Below are positions 51,021 to 63,226 of a stretch of 64,000 nucleotides of DNA, one piece after another. Under the pieces are notes generated by a model. The model was not told where the DNA came from. It ran no database searches and saw only the letters and a list, made by a program, of their open reading frames with translations. The stretch covers positions 6,567,631-6,631,630 of the forward strand of contig NC_069000.1 of assembly GCF_001194135.2 (NCBI RefSeq). The letters run 5' to 3'. This DNA comes from Octopus bimaculoides (Eukaryota). Position 1 is the stretch's first letter, and every line of letters begins with the position of its first letter. The translations under genes and the position numbers were made by a program.

Positions 51021-51409
51021 TCATTTCCGCGCAAAAAACAAACAAACAAATAAAACTAATCGAGATCGATAGAAAACAAGTACAGTATCGAAACAGGTAC
51101 ATACTGAGAAGTTCCATACAATCGACTGACACCCCAGCATGGCCGCAGTCAAATGTCTCTGCAACCAGAGAGGTGTGTAAATCGGAAAAACAATCAAACA
51201 AAATTAAAATCTAAAGTAATTAAAAATAGAGAAGACGAGTCAGCTGGTTGGCAGCCGCCTGCCTCTTTCAATGCGTTAACAAACATATCTGTTGCTCGAC
51301 CACCAGAGCACCTGGGAAAAGAAAAACACCTAAAAATAGGGTTTCCAGTCGCATTCTGTAGCTATATATAGAAAAGATTCCCTATATTTAGTTGTAGACG
51401 ACAGCTTTT

Positions 51410-52790
51410 ACCCTCTCTATTTCTCTCTTTCCCCCGATCTATCTCTCTTTTGTTCGTTGCCTCTGAAACTCCCTGTCTTCACATATTAGTCTTTCTCTCT
51501 CTCACTCGCGCCGCACTCTTGACGCTTACTCACTACTGTGCTACTCTTAGTCTTTCTTTTTCTCTCTTACTATTACTCTCTTGCTCATACCCTGTTGTCT
51601 CTGAAACTTCCTATATCCATTATTACTCTCTCTCTCTCTCTCTCTCACTCACTCTTAATCATTCACACAATACTCACTCTTATTTTCTTCCCCCTCTCTG
51701 TACTACTAATATTTTCTCCCCCTCTACTTCCTCTATCCCTCTTGCTCATACCCTGTTGCCTCTGAAACTCCCTCTCTTCACATATTAATCTCTCTCTCTC
51801 TCACTCGCGCCGCACTCTTGACTCTTACTCACTACTCTTATTCTTTCTTTTTCTCTCTCACCCTTTCTCTCTATTTCTCTCAATGTTTTCCTCTTGCTCA
51901 CGCAGTTTCCTCTTACCACTCCCCTCTCTTCCTGTGTTGCATTCTCTCACTCCCTTACCCCCTTGTTTGTTTAGTTTATCTCTCTCTCTCTCTCTTAACT
52001 CCTTTATCAATCCATGTTCTCTCATGCTTTCTCCTCTCTCTACCCCCCTCCCTTCGTCGTATACTTTCACTCTATTACCGCCCTTACTTTCTCTTCCTCA
52101 CATCATTTTCAGTCTCTTTCTCTCGTCTGTCTCACTATTTCTCCCTCTCACCCTCTCTCTATCTATTAACTTCATTGTCTATCTTCTCTTTTCCCCCCCA
52201 CTACCTTTCTCTCGTCCCTCAGTCTCTCTCTCTCTCTCTATCTCACTCGTACACACCATCACATACATTCTCGTACTCACTCTCTCTTGCTCTTCAGTAT
52301 ATACCCTCTCTGTCACTTTCTCCTCTCTCTCGCAATTCAAACACATTCATTCTCTCTTTCTCTCCACCCCTCTATATTTATCTTTCATTCTATCTATCTC
52401 TCTATATATATCATTAATCTCTCCTCACATCTCTAACTATCTATATATCTGTCTCTAAGTAGCCATCTCTCTGTCTCTCCTTCCTCCTCTCTTTCTCATA
52501 TCCACAGTGCCACTCTTTTTCTCTCTCGTTTTCTATTGCTCTCCCTTCTCAATCTTTTCATCTCTATCCATCTGTATCTATGTATTTATCTAAATAGCTC
52601 TCTCCCTCTCTCTTCCCTACTTTCTCCCTTCTCTTGCTTCATCTCTTTCTCTTTTCCCTTACTCCGTCTCTCTCCCTCTTTATTTTGCTCCATCTTTTTC
52701 CCCTCCCTCTCTTGTTCCACCACTCTCACTCTAGCTCATCTTTCTCTCTCTCTCTCTTTTGTTCCATATCTCTCTTTCTCTCTCTCCCGC
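51410..52790 (+). repeat. 1.4-kb CT-rich polypyrimidine tract with internal complex direct repeats
   Basis: GTTG(C/T)CTCTGAAACT(C/T)CC at ~51454, 51595, 51755; CTCACTCGCGCCGCACTCTTGAC at ~51500 and 51800. Confidence 0.9.
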
Positions 52791-53716
52791 CATAACTACA
52801 CACATATTTAAATATTACACAAAGCTAGGTCGCTTACTCACTCAGCTTCGTCAGAAGAACTCGACGTATTTCATATGGCCACACTTCCTTTCAGTTTGGG
52901 GGACCGCTTTATTTTATTTTATTTTCACTTTGTTCTAGTTTTAATTAATTAATATATCCCCCCCCCCCTCACTTTAATTCTTTCACTTAAATACTTATCT
53001 TGTCGTTCACTTCACATCCACAAATATATTTTCATTTCTCTTGTCGCACTATTCCAGAATTTTTCAATTTGTGTGTGTGTGTGTATACGCATGATGTATG
53101 TATGTATGTATAGACTGACAGACAAACAGATAGATAGATGGATGGATAGATCGTGACTTTTCAAAACGTATTTATCTGTGAATATATGCTACGTGTATGT
53201 ATAGGTACGTATGTGTAGGTACGTGCATATGTGCGTGTGTATGGCCACCTATTTTTTTACCTTGGGTGTCTATAAAGCACACTGGATAAATTAAATGAGT
53301 AGTCACTGGCATTATACACACAATGCATAATGCTAAATTTAGCATCAGTTTGGGATATATATAGCACGCATAGTTTATATATATATATATTCATATATAT
53401 TCATATATATATATATATATGCATACTGCTTTTCTATAGATGTATAAATTAGCATATATAAATAGATAAATATAATGAATGTATGTGTGTTCATATTTGC
53501 ATATGAATTACAAATATCTACATACATTTATACTACCCCTCCCCATATGTGTATGAGTGTGAGCGCGCGCGTGTGTGTGTGTGTGTGTGTGTGTGTTTAG
53601 TGATGCAAAGAGAAAATAATTTTATACTAAAGCACACGAAACTATCGGACTTGTGTCACTCTTGCTTTTACTAAATGTTAATAATGAAAATAAAAGATAT
53701 ATATATACTTTACTTT

Positions 53717-53788
53717 GGTACTACCAAAGCAGCGCGGACGCGCGACTGCACGACTGCGCGTTCGGGTCCGCGCTGCTTTAGTAGTACC
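53717..53788. mobile_element. 72-bp MITE, 23-bp TIRs, 9-bp TSD (Merlin- or MULE-like)
   Basis: TIRs GGTACTACCAAAGCAGCGCGGAC / GTCCGCGCTGCTTTAGTAGTACC (22/23 complementary); CTTTACTTT at 53708-53716 and 53789-53797. Confidence 0.85.
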
Positions 53789-54087
53789 CTTTACTTTGAT
53801 ACTTTGGTAGGCTTTGGCCATGTTGTACCTTTGGTATTCAAGTACTATTTTTGTCACCTTGTTTTGCACTTACACCCAAAATCACATTAATAACTTAAGC
53901 GTGAACTTTAGGATTTCTCGGTTTTCTGTGAATCGATTTTGATAAAACTTTTCCCAGCTGGTTTGCACGCTATGGCAGCACCATTGTTATGTTTTCATTA
54001 TTCTGTTAAATGTCCTTTCTCTTTTTATTTCAGATTCTTCAGTTTTTGGGTAAACCACGCTAATTGCGTCTCTCCTCTCTGAGAACA

Positions 54088-54546
54088 ATAGGACGTGGAA
54101 AAGGCCTTAACGATGAAGAAAAGTCTGTCATCAAGATGGAAAGTGTTAAAGGTACCTCTCTTCATGTCATTGCGGAGAAGTTAGGTCGTCATGTGGATAT
54201 GGTTAGACAATTCCTGAAGGACCCTTCGCCAAGCAAGAAATGATCCGATTGTGGTACCTCCGAGACTGTGGCAGCTAGGAATTTAAGGAATATTGGCTGC
54301 AAGTTACGTGAGAAACCTGGACAAACAAGCAAATCCCTATTCAACGCTTCTGGACTTCCTCGTGTACCGAAAACCACCAGAAATCACATCCTTGAGACCA
54401 TGGCTTCCATGTGAGAAGCCCTGAAACTGCCTCCTTTAATGCCCTGTCACAGGTGTTTGAGGCTTCAATGGGCCCAAAAGTACATGACATTAGACACGAG
54501 TTGTGTTCTGTTCACTGACGAAACCAGGGCGACCCTTGACGGACCG
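54088..54546 (+). pseudogene. Tc1-family (DD37E/TRT-like) transposase, N-terminal half
   Basis: Single frame, 153 codons: (I)GRGKGLNDEEKSVIK..IAEKLGRHVDMVRQFLKD..KK*SD..LPRVPKTTRNHILETMASM*EALKLPPL..RLQWAQKYMTLDTSCVLFTDETRATLDGP; stops at 54241 and 54412; interrupted by a family E insertion before the second D. Confidence 0.9.
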
Positions 54547-55090
54547 AGCAAAATTGCAGTTATGGTAGATACTGGTGTCACACAAATGGCACCCGTGCTG
54601 GTGGCACGTAATAGCACCCATTACACTCTCAGAGTGGTTGGCATTAGGAAGGGCAACCAGCTGTAGAAAACCACGCCAAATCAGACTGGAGTCTGATGCA
54701 GCCTCCCAGCTTACCAGTCCTGGTCAAACTATCCAACCCATGCCAGCATGGACAACAGACGTTAAATGATGATGATGATGACGAAGATGATGATGATGAT
54801 GAACTGGCACTCCATTGGTCGACAAGGATTCCACTCGATCTGATCAATGCAATGGCCTGCTCATGAAATTGATGCACAAGTGACTGAGCTCTCCACAGAT
54901 TCACATACCCTTGACATAGTTCTCAGGGAGACTCAGCATGACACAAAATGTGACAAGGCTGACTCTTCTGGACGCATTTTAACCAGATGAGTTGAGACAG
55001 AAGTGATGTAAAATAAAATGTTTTGCCGCAGGACATGATATACTGCTGGGAAACAAATTCATGGCCTTATCCTTGAACTGAACACCCTAA

Positions 55091-55132
<42 letters not shown>

Positions 55133-55547
55133 GTCTTTGTTGGAGGTGACAAATATTTTCCATTTTATGTTTGAACTGGCCACACCCTTCCTCTTACACC
55201 CTGCCCACATTGTCATTCTAAAAATAATCATATCATCAAAATCTCAAAAATATGATGTAATGCATGATTAATTAACCCATTTACCTCCCATAATTCTATT
55301 AACTGGAATTTTTTTTAATGAAACTTTGATTTCTAGCATAAAGCAGCCTTAGAAACACGTTGGAACGATCAAAATAAGAAAGATATGGTATATAATTTTT
55401 TTTGTGCTGGGTTTCTTTGAGACATGTAATTTATTTTAAGGCTTACGCAAGGGTTTAAAGGTTGAGAAACACTGCTCTAAACATCTGAACGAAACTCAGC
55501 CACTTTGCTTCCGTGAGGCCCAACATTCAAAAGATGTCCTTTACATG

Positions 55548-55640
55548 CCACCATCACAGGTACACTTGGCTTGACAGGTCCTCTCAAGCACAGCAGATCG
55601 CCAAAGGTCTCGGTCACTAGTCACTGCCTTTGTGAAGTTC
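55548..55640 (-). mobile_element. RTE LINE ORF2 terminal fragment
   Basis: Reverse complement CTTCACAAAGGCAGTGACTAGTGACCGAGACCTTTGGCGATCTGCTGTGCTTGAGAGG matches 46380-46450. Confidence 0.8.
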
Positions 55641-56638
55641 AAAGTTCAAAGTGTCAGGTAAAAAGCACTTGTGTAGGTGCCACATAAAAAGCACCCAGTA
55701 CACTCTATAAAGTGGTTGGCATTAGGAAGGGCATCCAGCCATAGAAACCAAGCCAAAACAGACACTAGATTCAGGTGCAGTCTTCTGATCTGCCAGTTCC
55801 TGTCAAATTGTCCAACCCATGCCAGCATGGAAAATCGATGTTTGAAGATGAATGTTGATGATGACGATGATGGTGACAATGACAACGATAATGATGATGA
55901 TTCTCATAACGATGTTACAATAACTGCTTCACCTGGTCTTCCAGCAATCCCTATAACATAATCTCCTAATCTTTGTTAAATTTATTATGGCTGAATTTTG
56001 CAACCACATGGTTTCAATTTCAGTCTCACTCCATGGTAAATGTCTTTCTCCTAAAGCCTCTAACTGACCAATACCTTGTGAGTAGATTTGGTGGACAGAA
56101 ACTGTGAGGAAACCCGTTGTATATAAATGTGTGCGTGTGGGTGTTTGATGTGCAAATTTTTGCTATTGTTTTGTGTTCAGTCAGGCATGGAAGTAATAGT
56201 GTAAACAGATGTCTTAGATTCAGGTCATGACATTTTTTGCATAGAAAGTTAATTTGTGTTGTGTTTTAAGGTTCACGAAAAAATGTTTGTAAATAAATCA
56301 GTTGGTCACACAGTATCGGATAGACTGGTATTGAGTAGGTTTCGGCGGTATTAGATTACCATCAAGAAAATTGAACTGGATATTCTGTTAGGCTGTAGTT
56401 AGGCTTTTATTATAACTATGTTTTAAGGCCTTTCTAGTCTGTTTGCTATTTGTATTTATATACAGGGTGTTCCAATTCTTGTGAAACCATCCAACCCATG
56501 AAAGTATGGGAAATGGATGTTAAATGATGATTATGATGGTATATATAGACACACATACATATAAGAGACATATGTGTGTGCCTGCATGTGTGTGTGTATA
56601 GATATGTATGTGTATGTGTGTGTGTGTGTGTACATTCA

Positions 56639-56955
56639 ACTTGCACATTTTCTGCTAAAATCTGCCTGTCTGAGGTTGGACTTAAATCTCATGTAAGACC
56701 ACACAAGAGGGCTCTTCTTGGGTTCTACTGCTTATAGAACACGAGTGTACCTATTAGTTTGCTCTTGGCAATGTCACATATGCCACAGGATCTGCAAGTC
56801 TCAAGGAGGTCTACAGGAATATTTCAAGGTTTATCTTAGATCAGAGAGTAGAGGTATTTTAAGCTGCCCCAAGACTGGTGTGCAATTTATGTGGATGTCC
56901 TTTCAAAAGTGTGTCTGGTCTAAAAAGCCACACAAGATCTCATGTCAGAACTGGG
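56639..56955 (+). pseudogene. Three decayed C2H2 fingers, RTE-type C-terminus
   Basis: TCTFSAKICLSEVGLKSHVRPH / WQCHICHRICKSQGGLQEYFKVY / VCNLCGCPFKSVSGLKSHTRSH across frameshifts; homologous to 23930-24121. Confidence 0.65.
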
Positions 56956-57495
56956 CATCATATACCATGCAGACAAATCCTAACACATTTTTTTTTCTCT
57001 CTTTCCATTTTTTTTTCTCTCTCACTCCTTTCCAATCAAGAGCGTAGGCTCGAAATGTCAAAGACTTTTCAATTCTTCCTGAGCATCAACACCTGCTTGT
57101 TGTTCCTTCACATATCTTTGTCTTTTGTTTTCTATACATTTGAACCATACACACACACACACACGATATATATTTAGATACATAAATATATAATATATAT
57201 AATTATGTGTGTATGTAGACATATACACATACATATATTCATTCATACATAAATATCTGTGCATGCACACATGCATGTAAGCAAGGTATGTATGCCTGAA
57301 CTGTACATATGCAGTTGCATAACACACACACACACATCCATTAGTGAATATTAAGTGTTTTGCAGGAAGTCTTACAGAGAAGTCATATACAGGCGGGAAG
57401 TTGTAGTTTACACATACAACACAGGGAAGCATAACAGGATGCGAGTGTCTATCTATCTATCTCTCTATTTATCTATCTATCCATCCATCCATCCA

Positions 57496-57535
<40 letters not shown>

Positions 57536-57555
57536 ATGCATGCATGCATATATAT

Positions 57556-57616
<61 letters not shown>

Positions 57617-58910
57617 NNNNNNNNNNNNNNNNNNNNNNNNNNNNNNNNNNNNNNNNNNNNNNNNNNNNNNNNNNNNNNNNNNNNNNNNNNNNNNNNNNNN
57701 NNNNNNNNNNNNNNNNNNNNNNNNNNNNNNNNNNNNNNNNNNNNNNNNNNNNNNNNNNNNNNNNNNNNNNNNNNNNNNNNNNNNNNNNNNNNNNNNNNNN
57801 NNNNNNNNNNNNNNNNNNNNNNNNNNNNNNNNNNNNNNNNNNNNNNNNNNNNNNNNNNNNNNNNNNNNNNNNNNNNNNNNNNNNNNNNNNNNNNNNNNNN
57901 NNNNNNNNNNNNNNNNNNNNNNNNNNNNNNNNNNNNNNNNNNNNNNNNNNNNNNNNNNNNNNNNNNNNNNNNNNNNNNNNNNNNNNNNNNNNNNNNNNNN
58001 NNNNNNNNNNNNNNNNNNNNNNNNNNNNNNNNNNNNNNNNNNNNNNNNNNNNNNNNNNNNNNNNNNNNNNNNNNNNNNNNNNNNNNNNNNNNNNNNNNNN
58101 NNNNNNNNNNNNNNNNNNNNNNNNNNNNNNNNNNNNNNNNNNNNNNNNNNNNNNNNNNNNNNNNNNNNNNNNNNNNNNNNNNNNNNNGACACGTAAAAGC
58201 ACCCACTACACTCTCTGAGTGGTTGGTGTTAGGAAGGGCATCCAGCTGTAGAAACTCTGCCAAATTAGATTGGAGCCTGGTGTTGCCATCCGGTTTCACC
58301 AGTCCTCAGTCAAATCGTCCAACCCATGCTAGCATGGAAAGCGGACGTTAAACGATGATGATGATGATGATGATATATATATGAATGATTTATATTTTGG
58401 ATTCATTTCATTCATCGCGTTGTGGCGATGCTGAGGCACCTTCTTCTAGGTGTATTGTTCCTTCCAACTATTTGGCCTGTTATTCCTTTTATCGAATGTG
58501 AATTGTCGAATGGCTAAGTTAACTGTCACACACACACATGCACACCCGCAACGCCGGGTACGCAAGTTATGCATGCTGTTACGAGTAACCTTGCAAGGGA
58601 GATAACTTGCTATATCCTTAGTTCCAAATTCGACATAATTACTCATGATGCTGTAACAGCATTTTTTAGAATCCATAGCTAGCTATACACAGACACACAC
58701 ACCCACAGACTCTCTCTCTCTCTCTCACAGACACACACATACACAGACAGACAGAAACACACACACACACGTAAACTGGGCACCTCAGACGTTTGTGACC
58801 ATCGCTTCCCCATAAATCACAGCTGGCTCCGTTGTTAATAGATTGGTGAATTCTCCAGACGGTACGCTTTCGTGTTACGTCTGAAGCTCTGTTTCTGTAC
58901 GAAAATTAAA

Positions 58911-58941
<31 letters not shown>

Positions 58942-59746
58942 NNNNNNNNNNNNNNNNNNNNNNNNNNNNNNNNNNNNNNNNNNNNNNNNNNNNNNNNNNN
59001 NNNNNNNNNNNNNNNNNNNNNNNNNNNNNNNNNNNNNNNNNNNNNNNNNNNNNNNNNNNNNNNNNNNNNNNNNNNNNNNNNNNNNNNNNNNNNNNNNNNN
59101 NNNNNNNNNNNNNNNNNNNNNNNNNNNNNNNNNNNNNNNNNNNNNNNNNNNNNNNNNNNNNNNNNNNNNNNNNNNNNNNNNNNNNNNNNNNNNNNNNNNN
59201 NNNNNNNNNNNNNNNNNNNNNNNNNNNNNNNNNNNNNNNNNNNNNNNNNNNNNNNNNNNNNNNNNNNNNNNNNNNNNNNNNNNNNNNNNNNNNNNNNNNN
59301 NNNNNNNNNNNNNNNNNNNNNNNNNNNNNNNNNNNNNNNNNNNNNNNNNNNNNNNNNNNNNNNNNNNNNNNNNNNNNNNNNNNNNNNNNNNNNNNNNNNN
59401 NNNNNNNNNNNNNNNNNNNNNNNNNNNNNNNNNNNNNNNNNNNNNNNNNNNNNNNNNNNNNNNNNNNNNNNNNNNNNNNNNNNNNTATATATATACAGTT
59501 ATATATCTTATATTTGTTTTAGTTATTGGAATGCGACCATGCTGGTGCACCGCTTTGAAGGGTTTCGAATCGTACAAATCGATTCCGGAACTTAATTAAA
59601 TTTTTTTTTTTTTGGTAAAGTCTGGTACTTATTTTATCGATTTCTTTTTGCCAAACTGCTACATTATGGGAACGTAAACAAACCAGCACCGGTCGTCAAG
59701 CGTTGTCGAGGTCGAAGACAGACAGAAACACACACACACACACACG

Positions 59747-59781
<35 letters not shown>

Positions 59782-60432
59782 GTGCAGTTACGATCTACGA
59801 CATTCACAAGGCATCGGTCAGCCACCACCGCTATCACCGTCATTACCACCCTCGAACTACCCCCGAACCCACAATTACTAACTTGGTATGTCTCCAGTTT
59901 CTGTCATCTTTCTGCTCTTTTCCAATCACCGCCCCAACATCATCTTCATCACCATCACTACAGCTATCGTAAACATTACCACTGCCGCCACCACCATGGC
60001 TGTCATCACCATCATTATCATCATGATCACCACTACCGCGATCATTCGTGTGCGTGTGTGCTAAGAGGCCGCAACCAACATTCACTTTCAGTTCAGATCT
60101 GTTCAATCCACGAGATGAGGATAAGTTATCTCCCTTACATCATTGCCTATTTTAGATTACGTCGCTAGTTTTGGGTTTATTCTCATTCTTTCTCTGTGTT
60201 TTGTTTTCTCTCACACAAACACACACATGCACAGTTTTACACACACACTTTTCTTTTTTCTTTCTTTTTAAAATTTTTTTCAATTGTGTTGTTTTGCTCA
60301 ATTTTCTAATTTAATTTTGTAAAACTATTGAGCATTATCGAAATCTATATATATATATATAGGTAATCTTCAAATTTAGTGGGGTAAAAAAAGTAAATAA
60401 AAATATTCAAGGGAAATAACTGAACGACTTAC

Positions 60433-60505
60433 CATTATTATCCGTTTTCTTTTAGATGTTTATAAATAAATCACACATGTGCTCTTTCTTTTCTTTTTTT
60501 TTTTT
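60433..60505 (-). other. Candidate exon ending in a start codon (ATG|GTAAGT)
   Basis: Minus strand GCTGTTTTAG|..GGATAATAATG|GTAAGTCG in a CpG-rich region; splice-signal evidence only. Confidence 0.3.
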
Positions 60506-62208
60506 CTAAAACAGCATGCGACGGAATTTTTTCTTATAAAAGTTTAAAATGTCTTTTTCTTNNNNNNNNNNNNNNNNNNNNNNNNNNNNNNNNNNNNNNN
60601 NNNNNNNNNNNNNNNNNNNNNNNNNNNNNNNNNNNNNNNNNNNNNNNNNNNNNNNNNNNNNNNNNNNNNNNNNNNNNNNNNNNNNNNNNNNNNNNNNNNN
60701 NNNNNNNNNNNNNNNNNNNNNNNNNNNNNNNNNNNNNNNNNNNNNNNNNNNNNNNNNNNNNNNNNNNNNNNNNNNNNNNNNNNNNNNNNNNNNNNNNNNN
60801 NNNNNNNNNNNNNNNNNNNNNNNNNNNNNNNNNNNNNNNNNNNNNNNNNNNNNNNNNNNNNNNNNNNNNNNNNNNNNNNNNNNNNNNNNNNNNNNNNNNN
60901 NNNNNNNNNNNNNNNNNNNNNNNNNNNNNNNNNNNNNNNNNNNNNNNNNNNNNNNNNNNNNNNNNNNNNNNNNNNNNNNNNNNNNNNNNNNNNNNNNNNN
61001 NNNNNNNNNNNNNNNNNNNNNNNNNNNNNNNNNNNNNNNNNNNNNNNNNNNNNNNNNNNNNNNNNNNNNNNNNNNNNNNNNNNNNNNNNNNNNNNNNNNN
61101 NNNNNNNNNNNNNNNNNNNNNNNNNNNNNNNNNNNNNNNNNNNNNNNNNNNNNNNNNNNNNNNNNNNNNNNNNNNNNNNNNNNNNNNNNNNNNNNNNNNN
61201 NNNNNNNNNNNNNNNNNNNNNNNNNNNNNNNNNNNNNNNNNNNNNNNNNNNNNNNNNNNNNNNNNNNNNNNNNNNNNNNNNNNNNNNNNNNNNNNNNNNN
61301 NNNNNNNNNNNNNNNNNNNNNNNNNNNNNNNNNNNNNNNNNNNNNNNNNNNNNNNNNNNNNNNNNNNNNNNNNNNNNNNNNNNNNNNNNNNNNNNNNNNN
61401 NNNNNNNNNNNNNNNNNNNNNNNNNNATATGGTAATCTTCAAGTTTAGGGGGTAAAAAGATAAATAAAAATATCTCTTGTTTGAGTCTTTGGATTGCGAT
61501 CGATCTTAGTAATATTTTTAAGCCTGGTACTATATATATATATATGGATCTTTCTACTTTGGCGGGCGCCACTTTTTATTTGTTTTTTGTTTAGTGTGTT
61601 TTCTACCGAAACACTTTAAAACTTCGTATACTTGTATATTCTGTCTTTCAAACTTGGGATACTGGTAGATCCCCCATGGATGCTGTTCGGACAACAGCGA
61701 CTATATTGTTCAATATATTCTTATGAGTGGATTTAGTAAGCGGAAACTGACAGAAGCCTGCCGTGTGTGTGTGTGTGTGTGTGTGTGTTTGTCCACTACC
61801 ATCGATTGACAATTAGTGATGGCTCGTTTACGTGTCTGTAATTTTACGGTTCGGCAAAAGGAAGTCCGACAGAATAAGTACCAGGCTTAAAAATATTACT
61901 AGGATCGATCGCAATCCAAAGACTCAAACAAGTAAAAGGTTAAAGATAAATTATTACCGGTTTCAAATCTTCGCGAGATCTTTTCTATATCTAGTTGCAG
62001 AAACGTCACGTTCCTGAAAGCCTTAATTTAGACCTCTGTAATGTGGAACGCTCTTCCCAATGACTTCCATACTACATGGCAATATGAAAAGGTTTTGCGT
62101 TATGAAATTCTACGTTACTGTAAGGCTTTTAAAAAATGCAGTGCTTCCGTAATGTGGGGAGCGGAGTATGCCAGCTATTATCAACTGATTGAAGTAGGCT
62201 TCAGTATA

Positions 62209-62255
62209 CAACACTAAACTGATGAGGTTCAATAAGGTCGAAACCTCCTTAGTTG
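62209..62255 (+). ncRNA. Degenerate minimal type I hammerhead-ribozyme-like core (candidate)
   Basis: CTGATGA (62219-25), GGTT-CAATAA-GGTC, GAAAC (62240-44); CAACACTAA / TTAGTTG can form an imperfect stem I; stem III defective. Confidence 0.4.
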
Positions 62256-63114
62256 TCCCCTCTTGCCTATTTCCCGAAGCTTGGAAATAGATTTCGTAAA
62301 ATTAATTCTTGAACTCAACCAAATTATCTCCCTTGTCTTTAAGAGTCGCTCACAAATTCCGGTATTTATTTCCTTTCTCCAACTAAAGGGAATATTTCAA
62401 TTCAATGAAAATAATGTTTGTTAACGTCGCTCACTCCATAAACGATAATTCCTGAACTCATTGATGGAGCTGCTATATCTAGCAGAACGAGCAACCACAA
62501 AGAGGTTTCATTGATGGTTCATTCTGTACACACACACACACACACATCATCTTTTTATCGAGTCATTTGACTACGGCCATGCCGGGTACCTTGATGGATT
62601 TTAAGCGAAGAAATCGGCCAAAGCACTTATTTTTAAATGTGGTGCTAGATCTTGTTAAATCTAACCTATTCTCACGGAAAAGAGTTTTCCGAACCTCAAA
62701 ATTACGGGGGACGTAAACAAACCAGCACCGGTTGTCAAACGCTGGGAGCACACACACACACGCACAATGAGATTCTTTCAGTTTCCGTCCAGGGATCTGA
62801 CCCTGCCCCGGGGCTATAGTAGAAGACCCTCACCGAAGGTAGAACAGTGGGACTGGACCCCGAAACCATGTGGTTGGAAAGTAAACTCCTAACCACACAG
62901 CTATGCTATAAGGGAGAGAAAGACCCACTTTGGTCACGAACAACCATGGGATCGTACCTAGAAAGTTCCCCACCTAGGCACAATCCGGGAAGGTTATTTG
63001 TGGAAAAGGAGCAGGTGCCCATGCTCTTTCCAAGCCACCGATGTTATCCAAGGTTAAGGCAAAGGCCGATACAGCTTGGCACCTATGACTTTTATGCTAT
63101 ACACAGACACACAC

Positions 63115-63226
<112 letters not shown>

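Larger units (their letters stand above)
4622..61426. other. 13 assembly gaps: 4622-4918, 6179-6651, 10105-10986, 21232-21910, 25740-26293, 29164-29399, 42166-42302, 43807-44092, 46605-47358, 48446-48520, 57617-58187, 58942-59485, 60562-61426
   Basis: N runs, mostly bordered by (TA)n, (TG)n or (GGT)n. All long X-containing ORFs in the track are artefacts of these gaps. Confidence 0.99.

Noticed and set aside
56639-56955. Host C2H2-ZNF gene of the octopus expansion
   Set aside because: Frameshifted, lacks TGEKP linkers and has the retroelement-type SxxGLxxH pattern.
4449-61572. All long ORFs containing X
   Set aside because: They are open only because N-gaps have no stop codons.
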